From NCBI GenBank assembly GCA_946547025.1, contig CAMNOT010000106.1, positions 1-54,665 of the forward strand: 54,665 nt of DNA, read 5' to 3'. Both the position numbers and the translations under genes were made by a program. The notes beneath the pieces are model-generated. The model ran no database searches and had not been told where the DNA came from. It saw only the letters and a list, made by a program, of their open reading frames with translations. This stretch comes from an uncultured Clostridia bacterium (GTDB lineage: Bacteria > Bacillota > Clostridia > Oscillospirales > Acutalibacteraceae). Each line of letters opens with the position of its first letter. Within the stretch, counting starts at the first letter, position 1. Below, in pieces: positions 17,266-28,054 of this stretch.

Positions 17266-18249
17266 TCACCTTTCAAGCGAAGCGGTAGCAGCTGCTACCA
17301 TCTTTGCGTACTCGCCTTTCACATCATCAGGACTATTTATATACACTCTGCCGCCAAAGCCAAAAATCCAACTGTACAACACATTTCCGACAGAAGTCAC
17401 CGCTTTCAATTTTATGGATTTCTCGTCGTAAGCGGACACATCAACGTCTTTCCCGAATTTATCAATAATGGCGTCCATGAGGTCATTGTCACAAATCAGT
17501 TCAACCTGTTTGCGATCGCCGTTATACATCCGGAACATGGAATTCAGATATATATTTATATCAAAATCACCCGGCGGTTCATGCTGTTCTTCTAATAGGA
17601 GCTGTGGCGTTGTTACAATTCGATCCACGCGAAAGCTGCCAATGCTGCCGTGTTTTTCGGAATAACCGACAACATAATAATAATCGCCGTTCCATATCAT
17701 TTTGTAAGGGCTGAACACATAAACCTCGCCGTCATGTTTAGCTATTCGCTCTTTGTTCCGGTTATATGTAGAATACTGAAATGAAACCTTCTTTTTATCA
17801 TTTATGGCGTCGTTCAGAGACTCCATAATATAGTAAATCTTCTCATTGTCAGCCTTTATCCGATTTTCGACATCAACATTCCGAACTAACTTGGAAGCGT
17901 TAAACGGACTCGCCAACGAACTGAGCTTAGCCACCAATGCTGAACTCTTTACTTTCGGAATGAATCTGGCGGACTCTACAGCGTCGATCAACGCTTTCAG
18001 CTCCGGCAAGTCAAACCTTCTGCCAATCAGGTAATAACGGTTCTGTGTAGACTGCTCCACTTCTATTTCAATACCAAACGTTTGGAGCACCTTAATATCG
18101 TCGCTTACTGTTCTGCGCGAGGTAGAGATATCATATTGTTTTTCAAGCTGATCTATGATTTGAGCTATCGTCAAATAGTGTTCTTCGTCCGTCTGCTCAT
18201 AAAGCATTTTTGCCACGTAGAACGGACGTAGTTTTGCTTTGATGTCCAT
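17266..18249 (-). CDS. HTH-WYL-WCX transcriptional regulator
   Basis: N-terminal wHTH (RRTVSDDIKVL), WYL (FSPYKMIWNGDYYYVVGY...FRVDRI), WCX C-terminus (SWIFGFG...SP); start ATG 18249. Confidence 0.92.
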   Translation of the reverse strand: MDIKAKLRPFYVAKMLYEQTDEEHYLTIAQIIDQLEKQYDISTSRRTVSDDIKVLQTFGIEIEVEQSTQNRYYLIGRRFDLPELKALIDAVESARFIPKVKSSALVAKLSSLASPFNASKLVRNVDVENRIKADNEKIYYIMESLNDAINDKKKVSFQYSTYNRNKERIAKHDGEVYVFSPYKMIWNGDYYYVVGYSEKHGSIGSFRVDRIVTTPQLLLEEQHEPPGDFDINIYLNSMFRMYNGDRKQVELICDNDLMDAIIDKFGKDVDVSAYDEKSIKLKAVTSVGNVLYSWIFGFGGRVYINSPDDVKGEYAKMVAAATASLER

Positions 18250-18310
18250 AGACTCACTTCCATTATTACTTAGCAAGTATCAGTATTGATCATATTTTTG
18301 CTATATTCCG

Positions 18311-19330
18311 TCATCTATTCCCATACATCTTTTCATAATAATTCTGATACTCACCGCTAATGATCTCCTGCCACCATTCTTTGTTATCGAGATACCATTG
18401 GATCGTCTTTTTGATGCCATCTTCAAACTTTGTTTCCGGCAGCCATCCGAGTTCATTATGGATCTTCATAGGATCGATTGCATAGCGCAGATCATGGCCC
18501 TTGCGATCAGTAACATAGGTGATCAAGCTCTCGGGCTTACCAAGCTCTTTGCAAATCAGCTTGACGATATCGATGTTCGCCATTTCATTATGACCGCCGA
18601 CGTTGTAAACCTCGCCGACTCTGCCCTTGTGGATGATCAGGTCAATCGCCTTACAGTGATCTTCCACATAGAGCCAATCGCGAACATTTTCACCTTTGCC
18701 GTAAACAGGAAGAGGCTTGTCTGCGAGAGCGTTCGCGATCATCAATGGGATCAGCTTTTCAGGGAAATGATAAGGTCCGTAGTTGTTAGAGCAGCGGCTC
18801 ACAGTCACAGGCAAGCCATAGGTGCGGTGGTACGCAAGCACCAATAAATCCGCTCCTGCCTTAGACGAGCTGTAGGGGCTGCTTGTATGGATCGGTGTTT
18901 CCTCTGTAAAGAACAAATCAGGTCTATCAAGCGGCAGATCACCGTAGACTTCATCGGTACTTACTTGATGATAGCGCTGGATTCCATACTTGCGGCAAGC
19001 ATCCATCAACACCTGAGTACCGAGAATATTGGTCTGCAAAAAGATCTCGGGGTTCTCGATCGAACGGTCAACATGACTTTCTGCAGCAAAATTGACCACG
19101 ATATCGGGATGTTCTTCTTCGAAAAGCTTGTACACTGCTTCTCTGTCACAGATATCCGCCTTCACAAAGCGGAAATTCGGGTTATCCATCACGGATTTCA
19201 GCGTACTCAGATTGCCCGCATAGGTCAGCTTATCCAAGCAGATAATGCGATAATCCGGATGCTCTTTCAGCATATGAAAAATGAAGTTGGAGCCGATAAA
19301 CCCAGCGCCGCCTGTCACGATAATTGTCAT
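18311..19330 (-). CDS. rfbB: dTDP-glucose 4,6-dehydratase
   Basis: [29 protein letters not shown]. Confidence 0.97.
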   Translation of the reverse strand: MTIIVTGGAGFIGSNFIFHMLKEHPDYRIICLDKLTYAGNLSTLKSVMDNPNFRFVKADICDREAVYKLFEEEHPDIVVNFAAESHVDRSIENPEIFLQTNILGTQVLMDACRKYGIQRYHQVSTDEVYGDLPLDRPDLFFTEETPIHTSSPYSSSKAGADLLVLAYHRTYGLPVTVSRCSNNYGPYHFPEKLIPLMIANALADKPLPVYGKGENVRDWLYVEDHCKAIDLIIHKGRVGEVYNVGGHNEMANIDIVKLICKELGKPESLITYVTDRKGHDLRYAIDPMKIHNELGWLPETKFEDGIKKTIQWYLDNKEWWQEIISGEYQNYYEKMYGNR

Positions 19331-20205
19331 TGGTTCATAGCCTCCTCGGCTAACGAAATGATGTATTTTCCGTAGTCAGTCGTTTGCAATTCCTGACCGA
19401 GTTCCAACAACTGCTCTGCAGAAATAAAACCTCGGCGCCATGCGATTTCTTCGATGCATGAAACATAGTAGCCCTGTCTGGACTGCACCGCTTCTACATA
19501 TTCGGCAGCATTCAACAAGCCCTGCGGTGTACCGGTATCAAGCCATGCGATACCGCGTCCGAGCAAGCTGACCTTCAACTTACCCATCTCAAGATATGCA
19601 TTATTGACCGAGGTGATCTCGATCTCTCCGCGCGCTGATGGTTTGACGTTCTTTGCGATCTCAACGACCTGATTATCATAGAAATACAGTCCGGGAACAA
19701 CGAAGCTCGACTTCGGCTTCTCGGGCTTTTCTTCAATGGAAATAACATTGTGATTCTCGTCGAATTCGACAACGCCAAATTCCTTCGGATTCTTGACAAG
19801 ATATCCGAAAACAGTTGCGCCGTCAAGATCGCGGATAGCATTCTGCAGGGTGAGCGTCATATTCATACCGTAGAAGATATTATCACCGAGGATCAGGCAA
19901 ACACTGTCGTCGCCAATGAAATCTGCACCGAGAATAAACGCATCGGCAAGTCCTCGAGGCGTATCCTGCACCTTGTATGTAATTGATACGCCGATCCTCG
20001 AACCGTCGCCGAGTAATCTCTCATACAGCGGCGTATCATCCGGCGTTGAAATAATCAGTATTTCGTTTATCCCGGCGAGCAACAACATCGACAGCGGATA
20101 ATAGATCATCGGCTTGTCATATACCGGCAGCAGTTGCTTTGAAACCGCTACTGTCATCGGATATAATCTTGTCCCACGCCCTCCGGCAAGAATGATACCT
20201 TTCAT
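19327..20205 (-). CDS. rfbA: Glucose-1-phosphate thymidylyltransferase
   Basis: [35 protein letters not shown]. Confidence 0.97.
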   Translation of the reverse strand: MKGIILAGGRGTRLYPMTVAVSKQLLPVYDKPMIYYPLSMLLLAGINEILIISTPDDTPLYERLLGDGSRIGVSITYKVQDTPRGLADAFILGADFIGDDSVCLILGDNIFYGMNMTLTLQNAIRDLDGATVFGYLVKNPKEFGVVEFDENHNVISIEEKPEKPKSSFVVPGLYFYDNQVVEIAKNVKPSARGEIEITSVNNAYLEMGKLKVSLLGRGIAWLDTGTPQGLLNAAEYVEAVQSRQGYYVSCIEEIAWRRGFISAEQLLELGQELQTTDYGKYIISLAEEAMNQ

Positions 20206-20570
20206 AAAACCTCATTACAACAAATAAATAATGATTCCGATACTAATGATGGAAAGAAACAGTCTCTAATGAACTATATTTCAACTTGAGCGTTAGAGAT
20301 GAGAATTGTCGCTCGTTACGTTCATAAAACCCCTAATGGCACAAAAAGAGACAGATCTGTATTAAACTATGTGTATATCGATAGCTGTGTGTACAAAAAG
20401 CAGAATTCAGCTACGCACTTTTCCGTTAAAGTGTTAACGTTTTTTGGTTTTCTAACACAGTGATTACCATAGTTACATGCCACCATACATTTACTCAAAC
20501 AATACAATAATCATCTATCGTCGAATACGTAACCATATTAATACAATGTTTACCCCTCTTTGGATAGACA

Positions 20571-21548
20571 CTATTTAATATTCAAATGAATAAACAAATA
20601 TAAAAAGTCGAGATAAAATGTATTCCTATTTCCTCTGTACATTTCATATTCCTTTGTACGAGAGAGATTACATAACTTTTTCAGGCGACTAAGCCATCCT
20701 AATGATTTGAGACTCTCAAGCTCAGCCTCAAAATCCTTATGTTTTACAACGATTTCTTTAACTTCAGAATCTAATGTATCACCAAACAATTCAAGGTATC
20801 TCTGATAAGCATCTCGTTTGGTGAAAGGCCAAATAAACCATCTGCCAAAATCATAATGCGTAATCATAAACCAGTAACCCTTTTTTACGCCGCCACCTTC
20901 TGACCTCGAAAAAGATGATTCATGCCTTCTAAAATACACAAGTTTTTCATTTATTGATCCAATGTTTCCTGTCGCACCTGCACATAAAGCGCACCACTCA
21001 TCACCTGCAAACATATCAGGCATAATTCTTTCTCTAAATGATTTTTTGCAAGCTATAGAGAATCCATGAGGGAACCCTTTTTTGTTGATAGCATCCAAAA
21101 GAAATTGATTCTTTGATTTATTCATAAACTCATCGTCGTACACATCTCTTAGAACTTTTAGGTTTTCATCTGTTACATATCCGTTACAAAATACATAATC
21201 TAAATTTTCATCAGACTCGAACTTCGATAAAAATGATTCAATAAATCGGCTATCCCATACATTATCTTGGTCAGAGATAAAAAGAATCTCACCGTTACAA
21301 AAGTGGAGACTTTCAACACAATTCTTAACAATTCCCAAATTCGTTCTATTAACATTTAATACATATGGAACATTTGAATTCCCCAGAGTTTCTTTTATTA
21401 TTTCAACGGTATTATCATTTGAGCAGTCATCTGAAATAACAATCTCATCAGGCCTAATTGTCTGATTCAGAATACTTTCAAGTTGTTCTTTTATATATTT
21501 TTCTCCGTTGTACGTTATAATCCAAGCTGTTGTCGTGTATTTTTTCAT
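20571..21548 (-). CDS. Glycosyltransferase family 2 (deoxysugar/rhamnosyltransferase-like)
   Basis: TYNGEKYI, SDDCSND, SDQDNVW. Confidence 0.88.
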   Translation of the reverse strand: MKKYTTTAWIITYNGEKYIKEQLESILNQTIRPDEIVISDDCSNDNTVEIIKETLGNSNVPYVLNVNRTNLGIVKNCVESLHFCNGEILFISDQDNVWDSRFIESFLSKFESDENLDYVFCNGYVTDENLKVLRDVYDDEFMNKSKNQFLLDAINKKGFPHGFSIACKKSFRERIMPDMFAGDEWCALCAGATGNIGSINEKLVYFRRHESSFSRSEGGGVKKGYWFMITHYDFGRWFIWPFTKRDAYQRYLELFGDTLDSEVKEIVVKHKDFEAELESLKSLGWLSRLKKLCNLSRTKEYEMYRGNRNTFYLDFLYLFIHLNIK

Positions 21549-21560
21549 GATAACCTCACA

Positions 21561-22658
21561 TCATCTCTTGATAATTTCGCAAATATTATCAACCGATTCT
21601 AATTCCAAGTCTGCATACATCGGTAAGCAAATGACACTATTAGATATCTGTTTCGCTATCGGAGTTTTGTTATTATCTGTTGATTTGAGATTCTGATAAC
21701 ATTCAAATTCATTGGTTAGAGGATAAAAGTATTTTCTAGCAAAAATGTTTTCCTTTGCAAGTCTATCGAACACTTCATCTCTAGAATACTTATACCCGTC
21801 AAAAACGACAGGGAAATAAGCATAATTGTGTTTTACTTTTTTTCCAAAATGAAGCATCTTTATACCTTTTATTCCTTGAAAATGAGCTAAGTATCTTTCA
21901 AAAACAGCTTTCCTTTTTGTTATTTCTTCATCAATATGCCTTAAATTACAAAGGCCCATCGCAGCATGCGCTTCTGTCATTTTTGCATTGGTACCCACGA
22001 TCGGCACACGCTCTTTTCCTTCCATGCCAAATTGACGTAATTGCGCAAACAAAGGATAAAGAGCATCATCAGAAAAGGTTAATCCACCACCCTCAAAGGT
22101 GTGAAAAACCTTTGTAGAATGAAAACTGAACATTGATATATCTCCGAGGTTCCCGACTCCTTTTCCATCGACCTCTACGCCGAAAGCATGTGCTGCATCA
22201 TAAATGACTTTCAAATTAAACTTTTGCGCTATCTTTTCAATCGCTTTATAATCACATACCGAACCATATACATGGACAGGAATGATTGCCGATGTTTTTT
22301 CGGTAATCAGAGATTCGATTTTCTGAACGTCAATTGTATAATCATCTTCATTGATATCACAAAAAACCGGCGTCAATCCATTTCTGACAATAGCCTGAGT
22401 TGTTGACGCAAATGTAAACGGAGTCGTAATTACTTCTCCGGTCAAATGTAACGCTTTAATCGCCAATTCTAAAGCCATATGACCGTTAGAAAACAAAGAA
22501 ACATATTTCACATGAAGATAATCACAGAGTTCTTTTTCTAATTTCTGATGCTTCGGTCCGGTATGTGTCAACCAACGGGTCTCCCACATATCTTTTATTT
22601 CTTCGCAGAACTCCTCATATGGCGGCATCGACGGTTGTACAACTTGTATCGGTTTCAT
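21561..22658 (-). CDS. DegT/DnrJ/EryC1/StrS sugar aminotransferase (VioA-like, C4)
   Basis: TTPFTF, YDAAHAFG, SFHSTKVFHTFEGG, RKYFYP. Confidence 0.9.
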   Translation of the reverse strand: MKPIQVVQPSMPPYEEFCEEIKDMWETRWLTHTGPKHQKLEKELCDYLHVKYVSLFSNGHMALELAIKALHLTGEVITTPFTFASTTQAIVRNGLTPVFCDINEDDYTIDVQKIESLITEKTSAIIPVHVYGSVCDYKAIEKIAQKFNLKVIYDAAHAFGVEVDGKGVGNLGDISMFSFHSTKVFHTFEGGGLTFSDDALYPLFAQLRQFGMEGKERVPIVGTNAKMTEAHAAMGLCNLRHIDEEITKRKAVFERYLAHFQGIKGIKMLHFGKKVKHNYAYFPVVFDGYKYSRDEVFDRLAKENIFARKYFYPLTNEFECYQNLKSTDNNKTPIAKQISNSVICLPMYADLELESVDNICEIIKR

Positions 22659-23662
22659 TCTACTAATCTCCGTATCTCTTCCATCAGTTTTGATTGCCTT
22701 ATAATCTCATCCATTCTCTGCCTGCGCGTTTCAGAATTCCGGATATATTCAGCAAAAAACTCTGCAGAATGCTGAAACTGATCATCCGGCTGAATGACTA
22801 TTTCATGGGTATCATCCGTTTTCAGATGAATAACGGTTGACATTTCAGCGGTTGGAGTAAAAATTCTCGGAGTCTGCAAAACGCCCTTGCTTCCCCAAAT
22901 CTCCAGCTCGCACTTATACGAATTATCCATACCGAACGAGATCTGCGCAGTCAGATTATCATCATTGATTAACGTTGCGCTGCCGAACACATCCACATCA
23001 TGTCCTTTTGCAAAGCTTAGTGCAGCAGTAGCCACATGAGAATCTGTCCCCAAAAGAAGATGCGCCAGTCTGGTAGGATAGCCGCCGCAATCCAGCAACG
23101 CCCCGCCGCCCATCGAACGATGATACCTAAAATCACTTTCTCCTCTATATGGGAAACCGAACGCTGTCCTGATCAATCGTAATTCACCAAGAACGCCGTC
23201 AGCAATCAGTTTTTGGATCTCTTCGATTTGCTTATGATAAACAAACGCAAAATTCTCATGAACCGCAACATTCTTCTTGATTGCTCTATCAATCAACTTT
23301 GTCGTATGTGCATAAGAATCAGAAAAGGGTTTTTCCATCAAAAGATGTTTACCCGAATCAATCACTTCTTGCCCCCAGCGATAATGAAGTCCAGGCGGCA
23401 ATGGGACATATACTGCATCGATATCAGTAGACTCCAGCATTGCACGATAACTGCGAAAAACCTTTCCGCCAAATGTATCCTGAAATCTCTTAGCTTTCGC
23501 TAACTCAACAGGAATTATTTCTGTATCACAAGAGTTTTCATTCCATTCTTTTGCCGATGCACAAGCAACTCCGACATATTCAACTATTGAACTTTTTTTG
23601 ACAGCAGGCACAAATCTTCTGAATGCAATCTCAGAAGGCGCCAAAACTCCGATTCTGATCAT
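22655..23662 (-). CDS. Gfo/Idh/MocA oxidoreductase (NDP-hexose 3-ketoreductase-like)
   Basis: IAFRRFVPA, YVPLPPGLH, MEKP, GGGALLDCGGY; adjacent to 2,3-dehydratase. Confidence 0.85.
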   Translation of the reverse strand: MIRIGVLAPSEIAFRRFVPAVKKSSIVEYVGVACASAKEWNENSCDTEIIPVELAKAKRFQDTFGGKVFRSYRAMLESTDIDAVYVPLPPGLHYRWGQEVIDSGKHLLMEKPFSDSYAHTTKLIDRAIKKNVAVHENFAFVYHKQIEEIQKLIADGVLGELRLIRTAFGFPYRGESDFRYHRSMGGGALLDCGGYPTRLAHLLLGTDSHVATAALSFAKGHDVDVFGSATLINDDNLTAQISFGMDNSYKCELEIWGSKGVLQTPRIFTPTAEMSTVIHLKTDDTHEIVIQPDDQFQHSAEFFAEYIRNSETRRQRMDEIIRQSKLMEEIRRLVE

Positions 23663-25014
23663 ATGATATCCTCATCTAATAAAGATAATAGATTTCTTAA
23701 CTGAATATTCAAAACATTATTCACCTGACAAAGCATATTCAACGTTGTAAACGAACACCAGAAGTATCCGTCAGGTAGATCCGTTAACTCATCTTCGCCA
23801 ATCTCCATGATAATATTTCTGTTCTGCTCATGATAGAAACGTCCGCCTTCTTCAGAGAGCAAAACATCTAGCTTTACGCCCTTTTTATCCGAACAATTAC
23901 TGTAAAACAAATCAGAAACACAATCTTTTGGCGCTTCCGCACCATATTCAACTTGAATCGACGGAGCTAACTCAATTAGATCAAAACAACCGATTTCCGG
24001 CTTTGCGTGAACAAGAAATTGAGCGATACCATCAACCTTTTTGTATATCAAGCCAAAGGTTGCAATACCTTCCGCTTCAAACAGCGGTTGGCACCAATGC
24101 TTGACCTCTCTTCCTTCTATGCTGATATCACAGAAGATCATCTTGAATGGATAGGGATGCTTACATACGAACTCGCCTTCATCGTTAAACTCCCATTCTT
24201 TCAATTCAGAGAGCGGAATCAGTTTTGTATGTACATTGCTATGCATTTTGTAGTTGTTGATATAGTTAAAAATTTCTACATAGCTTTTGAGTAAGGGTCC
24301 TTCGTTCTCCCTTTTTAGTTTCGGAACAGCTTCTGGATACATTGCATACGGCAGACAAGCCATAACTGTTCGAGTATCCATATTAATAAGATTATCGTAT
24401 TTCATTAATTCTTTAATCTGACCAAGGGTCAACCAACGAAAAATCTCATCTTCAGCTATATCATCTTCAACTAAAACAATCATATTTCGATTTCGTTTTC
24501 CCAAAAAGCGAGATGATTGTTCTGACTGGATTTGATCCACAATAATCTCATTTGGCTTTGCATTGATAAAATAATCTAAATATTCTGGTTTTCTTCCGCC
24601 GTGCTTCTGCATGAAATTGCTCCAAGTTGCTTGAATCGTAGGCGAAATCTGGACTTTATTAATGTTTCCGGGCTCTATTTTAGCCTGCATTAAAAAATAT
24701 GCTACACCTTCAACTATTTTCATCAGCAATCCGAGATACCCAATTTCATTCTGAATAATAATTGGCTGTTGAATACAATTTCCTAAATTGTCATTAATCT
24801 CTATACCCGATATCGAGAAAAAATGACCTTTTGAATTACGAATGCAACCTTTATTATTATCATAATACCACGGCAAACAATCATTAAGTTGGGTTTTAAT
24901 TATCTCAACGTGAGTCCGGTTATTCTGAAATCTTATCCACGAAAGCAAGTCGTCTATATTTTTTCGATTCCCAAGAGATTTTTTAATACTTGACGTAAAG
25001 TTTGAATAATACAT
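23659..25014 (-). CDS. NDP-hexose 2,3-dehydratase family protein
   Basis: Duplicated domains: QPII.Q.EIG.LG, QAKIEPGN, SPTIQAT, QSEQ, LSEEGGRFYHEQNR. Confidence 0.9.
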   Translation of the reverse strand: MYYSNFTSSIKKSLGNRKNIDDLLSWIRFQNNRTHVEIIKTQLNDCLPWYYDNNKGCIRNSKGHFFSISGIEINDNLGNCIQQPIIIQNEIGYLGLLMKIVEGVAYFLMQAKIEPGNINKVQISPTIQATWSNFMQKHGGRKPEYLDYFINAKPNEIIVDQIQSEQSSRFLGKRNRNMIVLVEDDIAEDEIFRWLTLGQIKELMKYDNLINMDTRTVMACLPYAMYPEAVPKLKRENEGPLLKSYVEIFNYINNYKMHSNVHTKLIPLSELKEWEFNDEGEFVCKHPYPFKMIFCDISIEGREVKHWCQPLFEAEGIATFGLIYKKVDGIAQFLVHAKPEIGCFDLIELAPSIQVEYGAEAPKDCVSDLFYSNCSDKKGVKLDVLLSEEGGRFYHEQNRNIIMEIGEDELTDLPDGYFWCSFTTLNMLCQVNNVLNIQLRNLLSLLDEDII

Positions 25015-25034
25015 ACCTATCCTTTATTCTATAA

Positions 25035-25610
25035 CTAGATATAGTTTTCTTTAGATAAAAACTGTTTTTCAAGTTCAATGATTTTATCTTTTCTTCTTTT
25101 CTTTATCATTTTTGCAGGTATCCCAGCAACAATAGTCCATTCTTCTGAAGAATTCTTAACAAGGCTCATTGAGCCAACTGCAGTGCCTTGTTTCAATTCA
25201 ACTCCAGGCAGAACTGTGGATCCACTCCCTATGATAACGTGTTTCCCCACATATACAGCCTTACTCTCGACCTTTTTAAATGAATCGGGAATCATTGGAT
25301 TTGTCAATCCTTCTCCCAAGTAATCATCAGAGATTGAGTAAATGCATACGCGCGATGAGATGTTAGCGAAGTCACTAATCATCACTCCTTTCTCGCCTCC
25401 GTAGATTGCTGAATAGGGAGCAATATGAATATAGTTACCAATTACAATATATCCGCTCAAAATACAAAAATCATCGATTCGAACATTATCTCCTATTTCT
25501 ATCTTATCAGCTCCATATATTGATGCTTTTCTGCTGATAAAACAATTCTTTCCAATTGTTTTGAATCCGATCTCTCTTAGCTCTTTTTCTGAAAAAAAAC
25601 TATTGTTCAT
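25035..25610 (-). CDS. Hexapeptide-repeat acyltransferase (VioB-like)
   Basis: ISRKASIY...NVRIDDFCILSG, SDDYLGEGLTNP. Confidence 0.85.
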   Translation of the reverse strand: MNNSFFSEKELREIGFKTIGKNCFISRKASIYGADKIEIGDNVRIDDFCILSGYIVIGNYIHIAPYSAIYGGEKGVMISDFANISSRVCIYSISDDYLGEGLTNPMIPDSFKKVESKAVYVGKHVIIGSGSTVLPGVELKQGTAVGSMSLVKNSSEEWTIVAGIPAKMIKKRRKDKIIELEKQFLSKENYI

Positions 25611-25764
25611 ATATTATAATCCTTTTCCATTTTCATTAACAAAAACACTAAAATAATACCCAAAGAATAATACTTCTTGTGAATTGTATGATTGGTAATT
25701 ATAATTTGCAACACACAATTATATTTTTTCGACGGTAAAACCCAGTCTTTTATCTGAGCTCAAA

Positions 25765-26889
25765 TTATTCTATAAGCAGGACCGAAGTAATATAATTAAT
25801 ACTATCCTTTTTGTATAAATCAATTTTAGAAATAATATCGCTCTTGGCTAATGGTTTTACCATTACTTTGTTTAACTCTTCTTCGCATTCAAAAGCTCTG
25901 TCAGAAAGGTTAAATCTATACAATAAATCTTTAAGTTTTTCAGAATTACTATCTCTAATTAATGTAGCAAATGGGATTTGATATTTAATCGAAAAAACAG
26001 TTCCATGAAAAGTATCGGTAATCACATAATCGGCATTCTTAAAATATGACAACATCGTAAAAGGATCTACACAACGGTATTCATCTGTAAAAGAATGTTT
26101 AATACCGATAGAAAGAGTCTTCTTCCCATGCTTTTGTGCGAATTTTTGAATCCATACAATTTCCTCATTTGAAAGTCTGCCAGAATACGCATAAACAATA
26201 ATATAGTTTTTTAAATCAACACTTTGGGGAGTTTCTTCAGAAAAATCGTATATTAAAACTGGATCAACATGAACGTACGGTTTTATATCTGTCAATTCAT
26301 TTACTATAGCTCTACTGTTTTCATCTCTTACCGAGATTTCTGTAAATCTTCTTAAGCAGTTAGAAACAATACTGCACGCATTATGGTTTTCTAACATTTG
26401 TAGCGTAGTATTTCCGAAAGAAGCTGCATATGTAAATAACTTTTTTGAGTCAATGTTTTCTCCAAACAGTTCCAAACTATATCCATATTGGATCTGATTT
26501 TGGACATAATTAAAAACCTCATCGCTTCCTATAAATAGGACATCTACATCTGTGTTGTAACAATAGTTTTCATTTACGCCGAGTAAAGGTAAATATTCCT
26601 TACAAAAAACATCACAAAAATGAACAAATGCGTCGTTTTGATCTTTTTCCCAAAGTGCTTTTTCACGAATTTTTTTTGATACCAAACGCAGTAAACCGCT
26701 TTTAATTTTTCGAGTTATTCGAATTTTCTTACTCGAAGTTGGTTGAGATAAATGCAAATCGGTGTGAAAGTCCAAAAATACAACATCACTTTCTGGATTC
26801 TGCTTTTCTATAACCGATTTTAATGCATATGCCTGCAGAAACGAGCCATAATTAATTACTCTTTGCATTGACATAATACCAATTTTCAT
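25765..26889 (-). CDS. Polysaccharide pyruvyl transferase family protein
   Basis: NYGSFLQAYAL, GSDEVFN, YAASFG, ISVRD, DP, TDTFHG. Confidence 0.9.
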   Translation of the reverse strand: MKIGIMSMQRVINYGSFLQAYALKSVIEKQNPESDVVFLDFHTDLHLSQPTSSKKIRITRKIKSGLLRLVSKKIREKALWEKDQNDAFVHFCDVFCKEYLPLLGVNENYCYNTDVDVLFIGSDEVFNYVQNQIQYGYSLELFGENIDSKKLFTYAASFGNTTLQMLENHNACSIVSNCLRRFTEISVRDENSRAIVNELTDIKPYVHVDPVLIYDFSEETPQSVDLKNYIIVYAYSGRLSNEEIVWIQKFAQKHGKKTLSIGIKHSFTDEYRCVDPFTMLSYFKNADYVITDTFHGTVFSIKYQIPFATLIRDSNSEKLKDLLYRFNLSDRAFECEEELNKVMVKPLAKSDIISKIDLYKKDSINYITSVLLIE

Positions 26890-26890
26890 A

Positions 26891-28051
26891 TTATTCCCTC
26901 AGTACTTTTTTTATGGAACTCTTTATTGATGTTTTTATTTTGTTCTTAAATACTATCCTTTTATGATACTTAATATGTTTGCCATAAATAGATTCTACAG
27001 ATTTTTCAAAACCATCTTTTGAATAAAGAGATAAGAAATCTTTCCTTACAATGGGCTTTTTCGAAGGCTTATTCAACTGCGCATTCCCTTTAATAGCCTC
27101 TGCAACTGTTCGTTCTTCCCAAAACAGATTGCAACTTGCCTTTTCAAAAAAAGCCTGACCTTTTTTTGTGTTTACTAAAACCAAAGAAATGGCTCCGGTA
27201 TATGGATGTTCAAAAGGAATATCACTCCCTAAACCCCAAAAATCACCAATCGTTAGGTCTGAAACCCTATTAGGATTAGCATATTTACAAGAATAACAAG
27301 CTTCGTAATATGTTAAAGAATAAAAGAAAGATAATAAATAAGTGTCCGTTTCTCGATCATCAGCGAATATGAGATGACCATCTTTATAAGCTGAAAAAAC
27401 ATAAGAATTATCCTCACGAAAACTTATTTCTGTAACTGTCTTTCCTTTTTTATTTTCAATCATTTCAATGTGTTCATTTAAGTATTTCTGCGGAGGAGTA
27501 CCATGGCAAATTAAATCCACTGTAATTAAATTCTCATATTCTTTTTGCAAATACATTTTCAAAGCAGCCACTTGACAAGGCAAAGCGATAAGAATCACTT
27601 TTTTGCATTCATCTAACAAAGACTTAATTTCCTTGTAAGTATTATTCATATCACTATGAACATACTTTGATTGTTTAAATTCTTTTATATGATTGTCATT
27701 GTGCCCTCTAATAATCACATTAAGATTTTCATCAAAGGCTGCGCCAAAACAATAGCCGGATTCTTTGAGGGTCTGCTGATAAAACACAGATGCGGCCCCT
27801 CCAGATGCACTGGTTTTCCTATCTTGTTCATCGTTGCTCCAAACGGCATAAGCATATAAAGGATAGCAAGAATCAATCTTATTCAACACATGACACACGC
27901 TATTACATCTTCCGCATTCTATACATAGCGAAGTATCAATCATCGGATAATTATATCCATATTCGTCTTCCTTATATGAAATACATTGTTTTGGGCATAT
28001 ATTGATGCAAGCTCCACAAGCAGTGCAATTTTCCTTATCACATAATTTCAT
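26891..28051 (-). CDS. 4Fe-4S protein with F420 hydrogenase/dehydrogenase beta-subunit C-terminal domain
   Basis: CTACGACINICP, CIECGRC, SASGG, SKY, PCQ, DLICHG, DLTIGDFWG. Confidence 0.9.
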   Translation of the reverse strand: MKLCDKENCTACGACINICPKQCISYKEDEYGYNYPMIDTSLCIECGRCNSVCHVLNKIDSCYPLYAYAVWSNDEQDRKTSASGGAASVFYQQTLKESGYCFGAAFDENLNVIIRGHNDNHIKEFKQSKYVHSDMNNTYKEIKSLLDECKKVILIALPCQVAALKMYLQKEYENLITVDLICHGTPPQKYLNEHIEMIENKKGKTVTEISFREDNSYVFSAYKDGHLIFADDRETDTYLLSFFYSLTYYEACYSCKYANPNRVSDLTIGDFWGLGSDIPFEHPYTGAISLVLVNTKKGQAFFEKASCNLFWEERTVAEAIKGNAQLNKPSKKPIVRKDFLSLYSKDGFEKSVESIYGKHIKYHKRIVFKNKIKTSIKSSIKKVLRE

Positions 28052-28054
28052 GAT

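Noticed and set aside
20206..20570. 365-bp gap before rfbA with a duplicated TTCATAAAACC start-like motif
   Set aside because: No sizeable ORF, terminal inverted repeats or convincing structure; likely a junction remnant.
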